Made by a program: the position numbers and the translations under genes. The notes under the pieces were generated by a model. The model was not told the origin of the DNA. It worked only from the letters and a program-made list of their open reading frames with translations, and searched no databases. From Candidatus Nomurabacteria bacterium (GTDB lineage: Bacteria > Patescibacteriota > Patescibacteriia > UBA1558 > GWA2-36-10): 64,000 nucleotides of DNA. Positions 10,649 through 18,830 of this stretch are shown in pieces (within the stretch, counting starts at the first letter, position 1; every line of letters starts with the position of its first letter). The stretch lies in assembly GCA_020632415.1 (NCBI GenBank), contig JACKFO010000002.1, positions 119,947-183,946 of the forward strand. Direction: 5' to 3'.

Positions 10649-11299
10649 ATGCCCAATAGTATAAAAAGAATTATTTTGATGGGGCCACAAGGCTCCGGAA
10701 AAACAACTCAAGGAGAGCGAATTGCCGAATTTTTAGAAGTAAAAATTATACCTGCTGGCAATGTTTTGAGGCAGGAGATAAAAGAAGAAAGTGATTTTGG
10801 AAAAAAAGTAAAAGAAATTGTTAATTCTGGATCTTTGATTCCCGATCAATTAATGATTGATCTAATGTTCTCTAAACTAGAACAAGTTGAATACCAAGAT
10901 GGTTTTATTTTGGATGGTTTTCCGCGTAGTGTTTTTCAAGCTAAAGCTTTAGATCAAAAATTTAAGATAGACAAAGTATTTAATATTGAAATTTCTGATC
11001 AAGAAGCAATTAAGCGTTTAAGTCAGAGAAGGGTTTGTCCAAATGGTCATGTGTTTCATTTAGTTTTCAATTTACCTCGTGTTGAAGGTATTTGCGACCT
11101 TTGTGGAGAAAAATTAAGTCAAAGAAAAGACGACTCAGAAGAAATTGTAAAAAAAAGATTAAAAATTTACCGTCAAGAAACAAGTAAACTTTTAAATTAC
11201 TACCAAGTGCAGAAAAAAATAGTAGTTTTTGATGGTGAAAAAAATATTCCTTTGGTGACTGATGAAATTTTAAATTATTTAAAGAATGAAATTAGATAA
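10649..11299 (+). CDS. adk: adenylate kinase with a Cys/His lid
   Basis: GPQGSGKTTQ is the P-loop. The lid is CPNGHVFH...CDLCGEKL. Confidence 0.95.
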   Translation: MPNSIKRIILMGPQGSGKTTQGERIAEFLEVKIIPAGNVLRQEIKEESDFGKKVKEIVNSGSLIPDQLMIDLMFSKLEQVEYQDGFILDGFPRSVFQAKALDQKFKIDKVFNIEISDQEAIKRLSQRRVCPNGHVFHLVFNLPRVEGICDLCGEKLSQRKDDSEEIVKKRLKIYRQETSKLLNYYQVQKKIVVFDGEKNIPLVTDEILNYLKNEIR

Positions 11300-12035
11300 A
11301 AAAACTTCAGAAGAAATTAAAATTTTGCAAGAAGGTGGTCACATTTTAGCTTTGATCAGAGATCAATTAGCTCAAATGGCTACTCTTGGCGTGACCGGCT
11401 TAGAGCTTGATGCTCAAGCGCAAAAGATGATTAAAGAAGCTGGTGGCAAACCAAGTTTTTTGGGTTATCACGGCTTTCCAAATGCTTTGTGTGTTTCGAT
11501 AAACGAAACTGTAGTGCACGGTATTCCTAATAAACAAGCTTTTCAGGAAGGAGATCTAGTCGGTTTGGACATTGGTATGGAATACAAAGGTTTGTATACT
11601 GACACCGCAACTACCGTGGCCATTGGCAAGGTTTCCGAAAAAATTCAAAAGTTATTAGAAGTGACCAAAAATTCTCTAGCCTTAGGAATTGATCAGGCTC
11701 AAGTCGGAAATGACATTGCTCAAATCGGCCAAGCCATTGAAAAATACGTTCGTCCTTTTGGCTTTGGGATTGTCAAAGATTTGGCCGGACATGGCGTCGG
11801 CCGGGCCGTTCATGAAGAGCCTTTTGTGCCAAATTATAATCCTGGTCAGAAGATTGCTAAAATACCTTCGGGCCTAGTGATTGCCATTGAACCAATGTTG
11901 ATTTTAGGTGGTAGTGACGAAGTATTGACCGGTTCAGATAATTGGGCAGTAAATGCTGCTGATGGCACCCAAACAGCTCATTTTGAGCATACTATCGCGA
12001 TTACAGAAGATGGTCCTTTGATTTTGACTATTTAA
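11286..12035 (+). CDS. map: type I methionine aminopeptidase
   Basis: It is of MetAP type with ...ALCVSINETVVHGIP...GHGVGRAVHEEP... It overlaps adk by 14 nt. Confidence 0.95.
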   Translation: MKLDKKTSEEIKILQEGGHILALIRDQLAQMATLGVTGLELDAQAQKMIKEAGGKPSFLGYHGFPNALCVSINETVVHGIPNKQAFQEGDLVGLDIGMEYKGLYTDTATTVAIGKVSEKIQKLLEVTKNSLALGIDQAQVGNDIAQIGQAIEKYVRPFGFGIVKDLAGHGVGRAVHEEPFVPNYNPGQKIAKIPSGLVIAIEPMLILGGSDEVLTGSDNWAVNAADGTQTAHFEHTIAITEDGPLILTI

Positions 12036-12037
12036 AT

Positions 12038-12439
12038 ATGCTCAAGGAAAAAGCAAAAATTTTAGGCTTAGATTACGGTGATCAAAGAGTTGGCGTAGCT
12101 TTAGCAAGTAAAGATAGTATGGCCGCTCCTTATTTGGTTTTAAAAAATAAGTCTTTTGATTTTTTGCTAGCAGAATTAAAAAAAATTATCGAGAGCGAAG
12201 AAATTGAGGCAATTGTGGTTGGTTTACCGCATAGTTTGTCTGGTCAAGTCAATCAACGATTATTAACCACGGAAAAATTTGTCGAACGCTTAAGGGAAAA
12301 AATAAACCTAGAAATTTTTACTGTTGATGAACAATATACTTCTAAATTATACACTCAACAAGGAGTGACCAAAGATCTTGATAAATATGCTGCAACCGCT
12401 ATTTTAGAAACTTGGCTTGAGCAAAATAAAAATGCTTGA
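12038..12439 (+). CDS. ruvX: Holliday-junction resolvase-like / pre-16S rRNA nuclease YqgF
   Basis: ILGLDYGDQRVGVALAS is the RuvX/YqgF N-terminus. It is 133 aa long. Confidence 0.85.
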   Translation: MLKEKAKILGLDYGDQRVGVALASKDSMAAPYLVLKNKSFDFLLAELKKIIESEEIEAIVVGLPHSLSGQVNQRLLTTEKFVERLREKINLEIFTVDEQYTSKLYTQQGVTKDLDKYAATAILETWLEQNKNA

Positions 12440-13511
12440 TGTAAAATTAAAATTTGTTCTAGTTTTTTTAAGCAGTTTAATTTTAAGCGCTTTATTTACT
12501 CGCTTGATGATTTTTCTCGCTAAAAAATGGGATATTTTAGATCGACCAGGTCAGCTTAGGAAAATTCATCAAAAAGCAATTCCTCTTTTAGGTGGTTGGG
12601 CAATTTATGCAGCAATACTTGTGGTTGTGCTTTATTTGTGGTGGCAAGGACAATTGATCGACGCAAAAATTTCCGCTAGTTTAGTTTTTTATTTTCTAGT
12701 TGCTGGTTTGATCTTGATGATTAGTGGATTTTTTGATGATAAATTTTCCCTTTCTTCAAAAATTAGTATTTTAGGGCCACTGATCGCTAGTTCTTTGATG
12801 CTTTTTGCTGGTTTAAAAATTGCTTATCTGACCTCTTGGCAAGGGGGAATTTTTTATTTAGAGCATTTGTTTGATAACTTTGCTCTAGCTAATTTTTTGA
12901 TGTTTGCTTTGACTTTTTTCTGGCTTTTAGGAACGACTTATACTACTAAAATTTTGGATGGTCTTGATGGCTTGGCCTCTAGCATTGGCTTAGTTGCAAG
13001 TTTAGTGATTTTTATCGTTAGTTTGTCTTGGGATGTTTCCGGTTCAACCACTTCTTTGTTAAGCTTAAGTTTAGCAGGAGCAATTTTAGGATTTTTAATT
13101 TTTAATTGGCATCCAGCAAAAATATTTTTAGGAGAAGCAGGTAGTACTTTTATTGGTTTTAGTTTAGGAGTTTTAGCGATTATTTCTGGATCAAAAATTG
13201 CCACCGCCTTACTCGTGATGGGTTTGCCGGCTTTAGATATTTTGTGGGTTATTGTCCATCGTTTAAAAAATCATCAGGCTTTTTGGCAAGGGGACAATCA
13301 GCACTTGCATTTTCGCTTGTTAAGAGTCGGCTTTTCTCAACAGCAGGTAGTTTTATTTATTAGTTTTTTAAGTTTACTTTTTGGTTTAGTTTCTATCTTT
13401 TTTACAACTAGAGCTAAATTAGGAGCTTTATTAATTTTATTAGCCTTGATGTTTGTTCTTAGTGCTTGGTTAAATTATCGTTTAAGTCAAAAAGATGAAG
13501 AAATTTCTTAG
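12417..13511 (+). CDS. GT4-family polyprenyl-phosphate HexNAc-1-phosphate transferase (WecA/TagO/MraY superfamily)
   Basis: It is a polytopic protein with an IPLLGGWAI motif (WecA has IPLVGG) and a GFFDDKF DD-motif. It is not in a dcw cluster context. Confidence 0.7.
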   Translation: MSKIKMLDVKLKFVLVFLSSLILSALFTRLMIFLAKKWDILDRPGQLRKIHQKAIPLLGGWAIYAAILVVVLYLWWQGQLIDAKISASLVFYFLVAGLILMISGFFDDKFSLSSKISILGPLIASSLMLFAGLKIAYLTSWQGGIFYLEHLFDNFALANFLMFALTFFWLLGTTYTTKILDGLDGLASSIGLVASLVIFIVSLSWDVSGSTTSLLSLSLAGAILGFLIFNWHPAKIFLGEAGSTFIGFSLGVLAIISGSKIATALLVMGLPALDILWVIVHRLKNHQAFWQGDNQHLHFRLLRVGFSQQQVVLFISFLSLLFGLVSIFFTTRAKLGALLILLALMFVLSAWLNYRLSQKDEEIS

Positions 13512-13932
13512 CTTTTTAGCTTTATTTTTGTTTTTCAGTGCTTGTGGAATAGAAAGTAGTCCTTTGCCGCGAACAAAAATTCATTTAGCTGGCTCTACTT
13601 TTCAGGTAGAATTAGCTAGAGATCGTACTGAGCAGACCAAAGGGCTTTCTGGTAGGGCAAGCTTGGCAGTTGACGAAGGAATGTTATTTGTCTATGCTGA
13701 TAAACAGCCTCTTAGGTTTTGGATGAAAGAAATGCTTTTTCCGATTGACCTGCTCTGGATCGATGGAAAAACCATTGTTGGTTTTGAAGAAAACCTGCCA
13801 AATCCAGTCCCAAATACCAAGGATGAGGATTTGACTAGCTTTAATTCTCCACAGGCCGTAGATAAGGTTCTGGAGCTTCCTGCGGGCACTGTTCAGCGCC
13901 TGAAGATTCAAATTGGTGATCAAATTAATTAA
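13495..13932 (+). CDS. DUF192 (COG1430) protein with a lipoprotein-like signal peptide
   Basis: LFVYADKQPLRFWMKEMLFPIDLLWIDG is the DUF192 core. The N-terminus LALFLFFSAC looks like a lipobox. Confidence 0.7.
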   Translation: MKKFLSFLALFLFFSACGIESSPLPRTKIHLAGSTFQVELARDRTEQTKGLSGRASLAVDEGMLFVYADKQPLRFWMKEMLFPIDLLWIDGKTIVGFEENLPNPVPNTKDEDLTSFNSPQAVDKVLELPAGTVQRLKIQIGDQIN

Positions 13933-13935
13933 AAT

Positions 13936-14658
13936 ATGCAAGCTTTATTACCATTTATTAGCCCAATTTTATTAGCCTTTGGTTTTTGGCGTTTTTTAGT
14001 TAAGCCAGATGATATTTGGTTGATTTCTGTTTTATCAATTGCTTTGATTATCTTGACAGTAAAGATTTTAGCTAAAAGACATTTTTTTGGTTTTTTTCGT
14101 TTGTGGATTAATTTGAGCATTGTTTATTTGGCACAGATTTTGTTTTTGATTATCCTCAATGTTAATTCTCTACGTTATTTATTGACAGTCCTTTGGATTG
14201 GTATTTGGTATTTGGTATTTTTGTTGATTGCTAAATATTTTAAAAATTTGAAGAACATCAATGACTTTGATTATTTAGCTTTTACTAGATTTTTGTATTA
14301 TTTATCTTTTTGGTTATTAGCCTCTAGTTTATATTATTTAATAATTTTTATTAACTTTTCTTTATGGTGGACTTTGGCTATTTTGTTATTGACGGCTGGT
14401 TTTTTTGCTAAAGAAATTTTATTGTTATCAGAAAAAATATCAAGTAAGCTTTTGTGGCTCTTGCTTTTTAGTTTAGGCCAATTATTATTGGCCCTGTATT
14501 TGATGCCGATTAGTTTTTATTTGGCGGGGACAATTGCTTGTTTATGGTTATTTTTCTTTTTAGAATGGAATTTGTTTGGCCAAAAAGGATTTTTGAAGTT
14601 TTTTTGGCTTTTTGTTGGAGCGATCGCTTTGTTATTGTTAAGTTCTTTACCTTTTTAA
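13936..14658 (+). CDS. hypothetical polytopic membrane protein rich in Trp/Phe/Leu
   Basis: It is 240 aa and almost entirely hydrophobic, with about 7-8 predicted helices. No motif was recognised. Confidence 0.5.
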   Translation: MQALLPFISPILLAFGFWRFLVKPDDIWLISVLSIALIILTVKILAKRHFFGFFRLWINLSIVYLAQILFLIILNVNSLRYLLTVLWIGIWYLVFLLIAKYFKNLKNINDFDYLAFTRFLYYLSFWLLASSLYYLIIFINFSLWWTLAILLLTAGFFAKEILLLSEKISSKLLWLLLFSLGQLLLALYLMPISFYLAGTIACLWLFFFLEWNLFGQKGFLKFFWLFVGAIALLLLSSLPF

Positions 14659-14680
14659 ATTAAAGTTTTAAGATAAATTT

Positions 14681-15784
14681 ATGGAAATAGATAAAAATTC
14701 TCACCATCCACATTTTGAACGTCCGACCAATATCAAGCCGCCTTCGATGTTTAGTTTGATTATTTTAGCAGCGATCATTGGTTTATTGGCTGGCGGTGCT
14801 GGTTATTGGTTGACTCAGTCTTTGGTTACCAGCGATTCGATCTATGCTGGATTTACAAACTTTAATAATCGAGTTAACGTCAACATCGATCAGCCTTTGA
14901 CTGATTTAGCTCAAAAATACAGCTCTAGCGTTGCTGGAGTCTACCAAAAGACAGCAAAATTAGTTAGTTTGGATAATCCGGTTTTTGATCAAAAAGATTA
15001 TTTAGGGGCAGCAACCGTGATCACTTCTGACGGTTGGTTAATGACTACTGACCAAGTTACCAAGAGTAAAGAGGTGATGCTTGTTTTAGGCGATAATGTT
15101 TATAGCCCAACAGAAATTAAATTTGATAGTTTTTCAGGATTAGCCTTTTTAAAAATAGAAGCTAGTTTTCTTTCGCCTATTGACTTTCAGTTAGCTGAAA
15201 ATTATCAAGCTGGTGAAAGATTATTTACAAATCTTGATTTAGCCCAGAGCAGTAGCGATTATTTCCACACAGCTTTTTTGAGTGATCGTCATTATGTTGC
15301 TGATAAATTTTTGACAACTGATCAAGTAGATTTTTATTTAAAAACTGATGAAGCAAATCTCAGTTTAAATTTGTTAGGAGCGCCATATTTCAATCTCAAG
15401 GGTGATGTTTTGGGTGTGGCTTATAGTTTTAATCAGGATTTGGTTTTGATTCCAGCTAAATATTTAAAACAAGCAGTGAAACATTTGTTAGACGGTACGG
15501 AGCGAGTGACCATGGGTCTTCGTTATTTAGATTTTGAAAATAATGCTGGCTTCTTAGAAAAAGGTCATTTGATTTATCATCCGACTTTAGCTGCTGTCGA
15601 AAGAAATTCCGCTGCTTTTAAAGCTGGAATTAAAGCTGGCGATCAAATTGTTGCCGTTAATAATAGTTTGATTTCTGAAGAGCAAAGTTTGACGGCTATT
15701 TTGCAAAATTATCGTCTGGGCGATAAAGTGATTTTAAGAATTTTACGTGATCGAGTAGAACAGGATATTGAGGTTCAATTGTAA
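14681..15784 (+). CDS. membrane-anchored HtrA/DegP-like protein with a C-terminal PDZ domain; catalytic residues appear substituted
   Basis: It has an N-terminal TM helix, a trypsin-fold-like middle and a PDZ-like C-terminus, GIKAGDQIVAVNN...LGDKVILRILRD. Where GNSGGAL is expected it has NLLGAPY. Where TNNHV is expected it has TTDQV. Confidence 0.6.
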   Translation: MEIDKNSHHPHFERPTNIKPPSMFSLIILAAIIGLLAGGAGYWLTQSLVTSDSIYAGFTNFNNRVNVNIDQPLTDLAQKYSSSVAGVYQKTAKLVSLDNPVFDQKDYLGAATVITSDGWLMTTDQVTKSKEVMLVLGDNVYSPTEIKFDSFSGLAFLKIEASFLSPIDFQLAENYQAGERLFTNLDLAQSSSDYFHTAFLSDRHYVADKFLTTDQVDFYLKTDEANLSLNLLGAPYFNLKGDVLGVAYSFNQDLVLIPAKYLKQAVKHLLDGTERVTMGLRYLDFENNAGFLEKGHLIYHPTLAAVERNSAAFKAGIKAGDQIVAVNNSLISEEQSLTAILQNYRLGDKVILRILRDRVEQDIEVQL

Positions 15785-15799
15785 ATTATAGTTAGAATA

Positions 15800-15832
15800 A
15801 AAAACTCTCAAGTCTAATTTGAGAGTTTTTTA
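15800..15832. terminator. bidirectional rho-independent terminator between convergent genes
   Basis: AAAAA CTCTCAA gtctaat TTGAGAG TTTTTT. Confidence 0.75.
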
Positions 15833-15833
15833 T

Positions 15834-16106
15834 TTATTCAGTAATTGTTTTTTCAGAAGGGGAGTATTTTTTATTCTTGATTTTCCACTGATCAACATAT
15901 TGCCCTAAACCTTGCGCCTTGAGTTGGTTAGAACGTCTAGTGGATTGTTGAGACCATTCAACTAGAGAGCTAAAGTTAATTTTATAACGGCCCTTGACAA
16001 CGATGTATTTTAACTCTTCGTTTTTGATTGCCTGGCGAATAGTTTTGCTAGAAACGCCAAATAATTGGCCAGCTTGAGAAACTGAAACTCGAATAATATT
16101 TTCCAT
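15834..16106 (-). CDS. small excisionase-family (MerR-like HTH_17) DNA-binding protein
   Basis: LFGVSSKTIRQAIKNEELKYIVVKGRYKINFSSLVEW resembles excisionase-type HTH proteins (…LGVS..TIYR.I..G.L…..G.R.RI…L..WL). Confidence 0.6.
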   Translation of the reverse strand: MENIIRVSVSQAGQLFGVSSKTIRQAIKNEELKYIVVKGRYKINFSSLVEWSQQSTRRSNQLKAQGLGQYVDQWKIKNKKYSPSEKTITE

Positions 16107-16414
16107 AGTTTTTTTAATTATCTATTTAAGTATACACTATTCTATACTTTATTACAAAAATAAGAACTTATTTACTTCTTGATCAGCTCGAACAAACGTC
16201 TGTTGAAATACGTTGTTTGCGTAGACTTACTGTTTTTTCTTTGGGCAAATAAGCTGAATCGAAGAGCTGGGGACAGAATCATTATTTGCTTAAAATAATA
16301 GCTTATTTGTTTTCTTTTCTTGTTTTTTTATGCTATAATTTTCGTTATTAAAGAATAATAATCAAGCCTGGTTTTAGGCTTTTGGTATTTACAAATATAG
16401 AAAATAGTGTTATA

Positions 16415-16478
16415 ATTTAGGCTAAGATTAGATTAATTATTTCTATTTTTTATATTTTTAGCTAATATTAGCCTAAAT
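16415..16478. promoter_or_regulatory. inverted repeat containing the palindrome GCTAATATTAGC, upstream of the ECF sigma gene
   Basis: ATTTAGGCTAA (16415-16425) is the reverse complement of TTAGCCTAAAT (16468-16478). The palindrome GCTAATATTAGC sits at 16461-16472. A TGTTATAAT extended -10 lies at 16407-16415. Confidence 0.45.
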
Positions 16479-16527
16479 AATCAAGTAAATTTACTGTAAT
16501 ATTTGTAGTAGTTTTGCGTCTTACCTT

Positions 16528-17082
16528 ATGAAAAGCTTAAAAAGCAATTTGAAAGAAAAAATAGCCTTTCTGAAGCTTAAAAGCGGAGATAGCGAAGCTT
16601 TCGGTTTTTTTTATGATCAATACCTTGGTCAGATCTATCGTTTTATTATGATGAAAGTTTCTGATCAGCAAGTTGCCGAAGATTTAACTCAAGATGTTTT
16701 CTTGAAAACCTGGCAACATTTAGTTGATCAAAAAAGCTTGAGTCATTTCCGGGCTTTCATTTTCCGAGTTGCTCGTAATGTCGTGATTGATCATTATCGT
16801 CAAAGTGGCAAACAAAACATTCCTTTAGAACACATTAGTGAAACTGTTGATGAAGCAGTTAACATTGATAAAAAGTTAGAGATTAAAGTAGAGGTCGAGC
16901 AATTGTTGCAGATTCTACAAAAACTCAAACCGGAGTATCAGGAAATTCTTGTTCTACGCTTTGTAGAAGAAATGTCATTTGATGAGATTGCTGAAATTCT
17001 CCAAAAAGATAAAAATAATGTTCGCGTCACTTTGCATCGAGCTTTAACTAAATTAAAACAATTAAGCGAAGAAAAGATTTAA
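16528..17082 (+). CDS. ECF-type RNA polymerase sigma factor (sigma-70 family, group 4)
   Basis: Region 2 reads DLTQDVFLKTWQHL...FRAFIFRVARNVVIDHYR. Region 4 reads ILVLRFVEEMSFDEIAEIL. Confidence 0.9.
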   Translation: MKSLKSNLKEKIAFLKLKSGDSEAFGFFYDQYLGQIYRFIMMKVSDQQVAEDLTQDVFLKTWQHLVDQKSLSHFRAFIFRVARNVVIDHYRQSGKQNIPLEHISETVDEAVNIDKKLEIKVEVEQLLQILQKLKPEYQEILVLRFVEEMSFDEIAEILQKDKNNVRVTLHRALTKLKQLSEEKI

Positions 17083-17094
17083 TAAATTAATCTT

Positions 17095-18474
17095 ATGAGT
17101 TTAGAAAAACAATTTGCCAAATTAAAGAATTTGGAAAAATTCCAAGCAAATCAAGATTGGCAAATGACAAGCAAATATGATTTGATGTCAGAGATTCATT
17201 CTCAAGCTAGATTGATGAAAGCTCAACAATTAAGTTCTGCTGAAAAGTTTGATCTTTTTGTGATGCGCTTTACTCGTCGTTTGATGCCTTCAGTAAGCAA
17301 AATGGTTGCTGGTTTATTGATTGTGGTGATGGGCTCTGGCGTTAGTTTTGCCGCACAGGCGTCTGTTCCAGGACAAGCTTTGTGGCCAGTTAAACGTTCG
17401 ATCGAAAAGGCTGAGTTAACCTTGGCTTTTAGCTCGGTTACTGAGACAGAAGTTCACATTAAGCATCTAAACAAAAGATTAGAAGAAATCAATAAAATTG
17501 TTGAAAAGTCTAAAGTTACTGATGAGCCGACTAGACTTGCTAAAAATGAAAAAGCAATTAAACAAGTAGTCCAACACTTAGAAAAAGAAGCTGTAGCTGT
17601 TGATCAAAATTTAAAAATAGTCAAAGAAGATACTAAGCCAATTGAAGTTGTTAATTTAGCTAAAAAAGTAACTGAAGTTGCCAAAGAAGCTAAAAAACAA
17701 GTCGGAGTTTTAGAAGGGCAAGTTGCTCAAACTGATCGCAGTGTCGTTTTAAAAGAAGCTTTAGACAATGTCAAAGTGATTAACGAAGAGGTTAATCGAA
17801 CTGCTGTAGATGTTGCAATTCAAGTTCATGAAGAGATAGTTGCTGCTAAAGTAGAAAAAGTTGCTAAAGAAATTTTAGAAAATCATTTTGATCAAGCTCA
17901 AACCGTGATTGATGATCAAGAAATAGAAGATGTTACTAAGGCTGTTGTTGAGTTAATCTTTGAGGATATCAATGAATTGAATGATGAAATTCAGGCTACT
18001 AAAGAAAAAACAGAGATTATTTCTGCAGAAAATATTGGTGAAGCAGTAACTAAGGCAAATAGTGTTGTTGCTGATCAAGAATTACCTGTAGATGGTGGTC
18101 CAGCAAAAGTAGAGGTAAAAGATATCAAAGAAATTAAAGAACAATCAGGTGAAGCACAGGCCACTTTAGAGCAGGCCAAAACTTTATTGGAAGAAGGATC
18201 TTTGAAGGATGCGGTGGCTAAAGTTGTAGAAACTAAAAAAATTCAGGAAAAAACTGCTACAGTCATTAAAAATATTGAACAAGCCGTTCAAGAAAAAGCA
18301 GTGTCAGACAAAGCCGAGGCTAGCGCCACATCAACTGTTCAGCAGATCAAACCGATAAATATCCAAATTAGTTCCACCACGATTGAAAAAGCAATGATTA
18401 ATGATGAAGATGCTTTGGTAGGAGAAGAAGAAAAGATTAAAGAAGAAGCGATTACTGATATTTTAAAACAATAA
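17095..18474 (+). CDS. putative anti-sigma factor (single TM, extracytoplasmic coiled-coil-rich domain)
   Basis: It is translationally coupled to the sigma gene. It has a short cytoplasmic N-terminus, one TM (MVAGLLIVVMGSGVSFAAQA), then a long Lys/Glu/Val-rich domain. Confidence 0.6.
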   Translation: MSLEKQFAKLKNLEKFQANQDWQMTSKYDLMSEIHSQARLMKAQQLSSAEKFDLFVMRFTRRLMPSVSKMVAGLLIVVMGSGVSFAAQASVPGQALWPVKRSIEKAELTLAFSSVTETEVHIKHLNKRLEEINKIVEKSKVTDEPTRLAKNEKAIKQVVQHLEKEAVAVDQNLKIVKEDTKPIEVVNLAKKVTEVAKEAKKQVGVLEGQVAQTDRSVVLKEALDNVKVINEEVNRTAVDVAIQVHEEIVAAKVEKVAKEILENHFDQAQTVIDDQEIEDVTKAVVELIFEDINELNDEIQATKEKTEIISAENIGEAVTKANSVVADQELPVDGGPAKVEVKDIKEIKEQSGEAQATLEQAKTLLEEGSLKDAVAKVVETKKIQEKTATVIKNIEQAVQEKAVSDKAEASATSTVQQIKPINIQISSTTIEKAMINDEDALVGEEEKIKEEAITDILKQ

Positions 18475-18480
18475 TTTAAA

Positions 18481-18830
18481 AATAAATCCCAAAGCGCGTA
18501 TTTAGTTTAGGTTGTGGATACATAGCTTTCGTTACCATGCACGGAAGGAAAGCTATAATCCCTAACTTATCGCTATATCGCGCGCGATTAGGGGTTATTG
18601 TTTTGTTCCTAGACAAAAATAATATTTACTTTCGGGGTCCGTACCCGAGCTTAATTGTTGCCTATAAGTTTAGTAGCCAGAAAGGTCGATGTGGCTAAAA
18701 ACTGCAGGAGCTAAGCATTATAGTTTTCCGCCAAAGGTGGATTAGTCTAAATGCATTTAGATGCTGACGATTTAGTTAAGAGTAAATTTTGTTTCCTAGA
18801 GAACATCTTATTAATTTAAAAAAAGAATAC
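18481..18830 (+). ncRNA. GC-enriched, highly structured ~300-nt leader or candidate small RNA upstream of the large surface-protein gene
   Basis: Several perfect hairpins are present. Example 1 is GGATacATAGCTTTC...GAAAGCTATaATCC. Example 2 is CCCTAA...ATCGC...GCGAT.TAGGG. Example 3 is TCGGG gtccgta CCCGA. Example 4 is TAGCCA...TGGCTA. A 14-nt palindrome CTAAATGCATTTAG lies at 18747-18760. Local GC is clearly above the flanks. Confidence 0.35.

Noticed and set aside
11689-11877. A 62-aa plus-strand ORF in an alternate frame inside map.
   Set aside because: It is fully inside the methionine aminopeptidase CDS.
18513-18561. A possible SRP RNA (4.5S) apical motif, because of the CACGGAAGGAAAGC stretch resembling the GGAAGGAAGCAGC helix-8 region.
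   Set aside because: The 5' strand lacks the conserved GGUCAGG partner and the match is only partial. I also could not match the tmRNA or RNase P consensus regions I recall. The region is kept only as an unspecified structured element.
18789-18830. The ORF-track start of the surface protein at 18789 (MFPREHLINLKKEY...).
   Set aside because: Position 18789 is a TTG. The in-frame ATG at 18831 starts a canonical signal peptide (MNLVKKFSIFALMIATVFS...).
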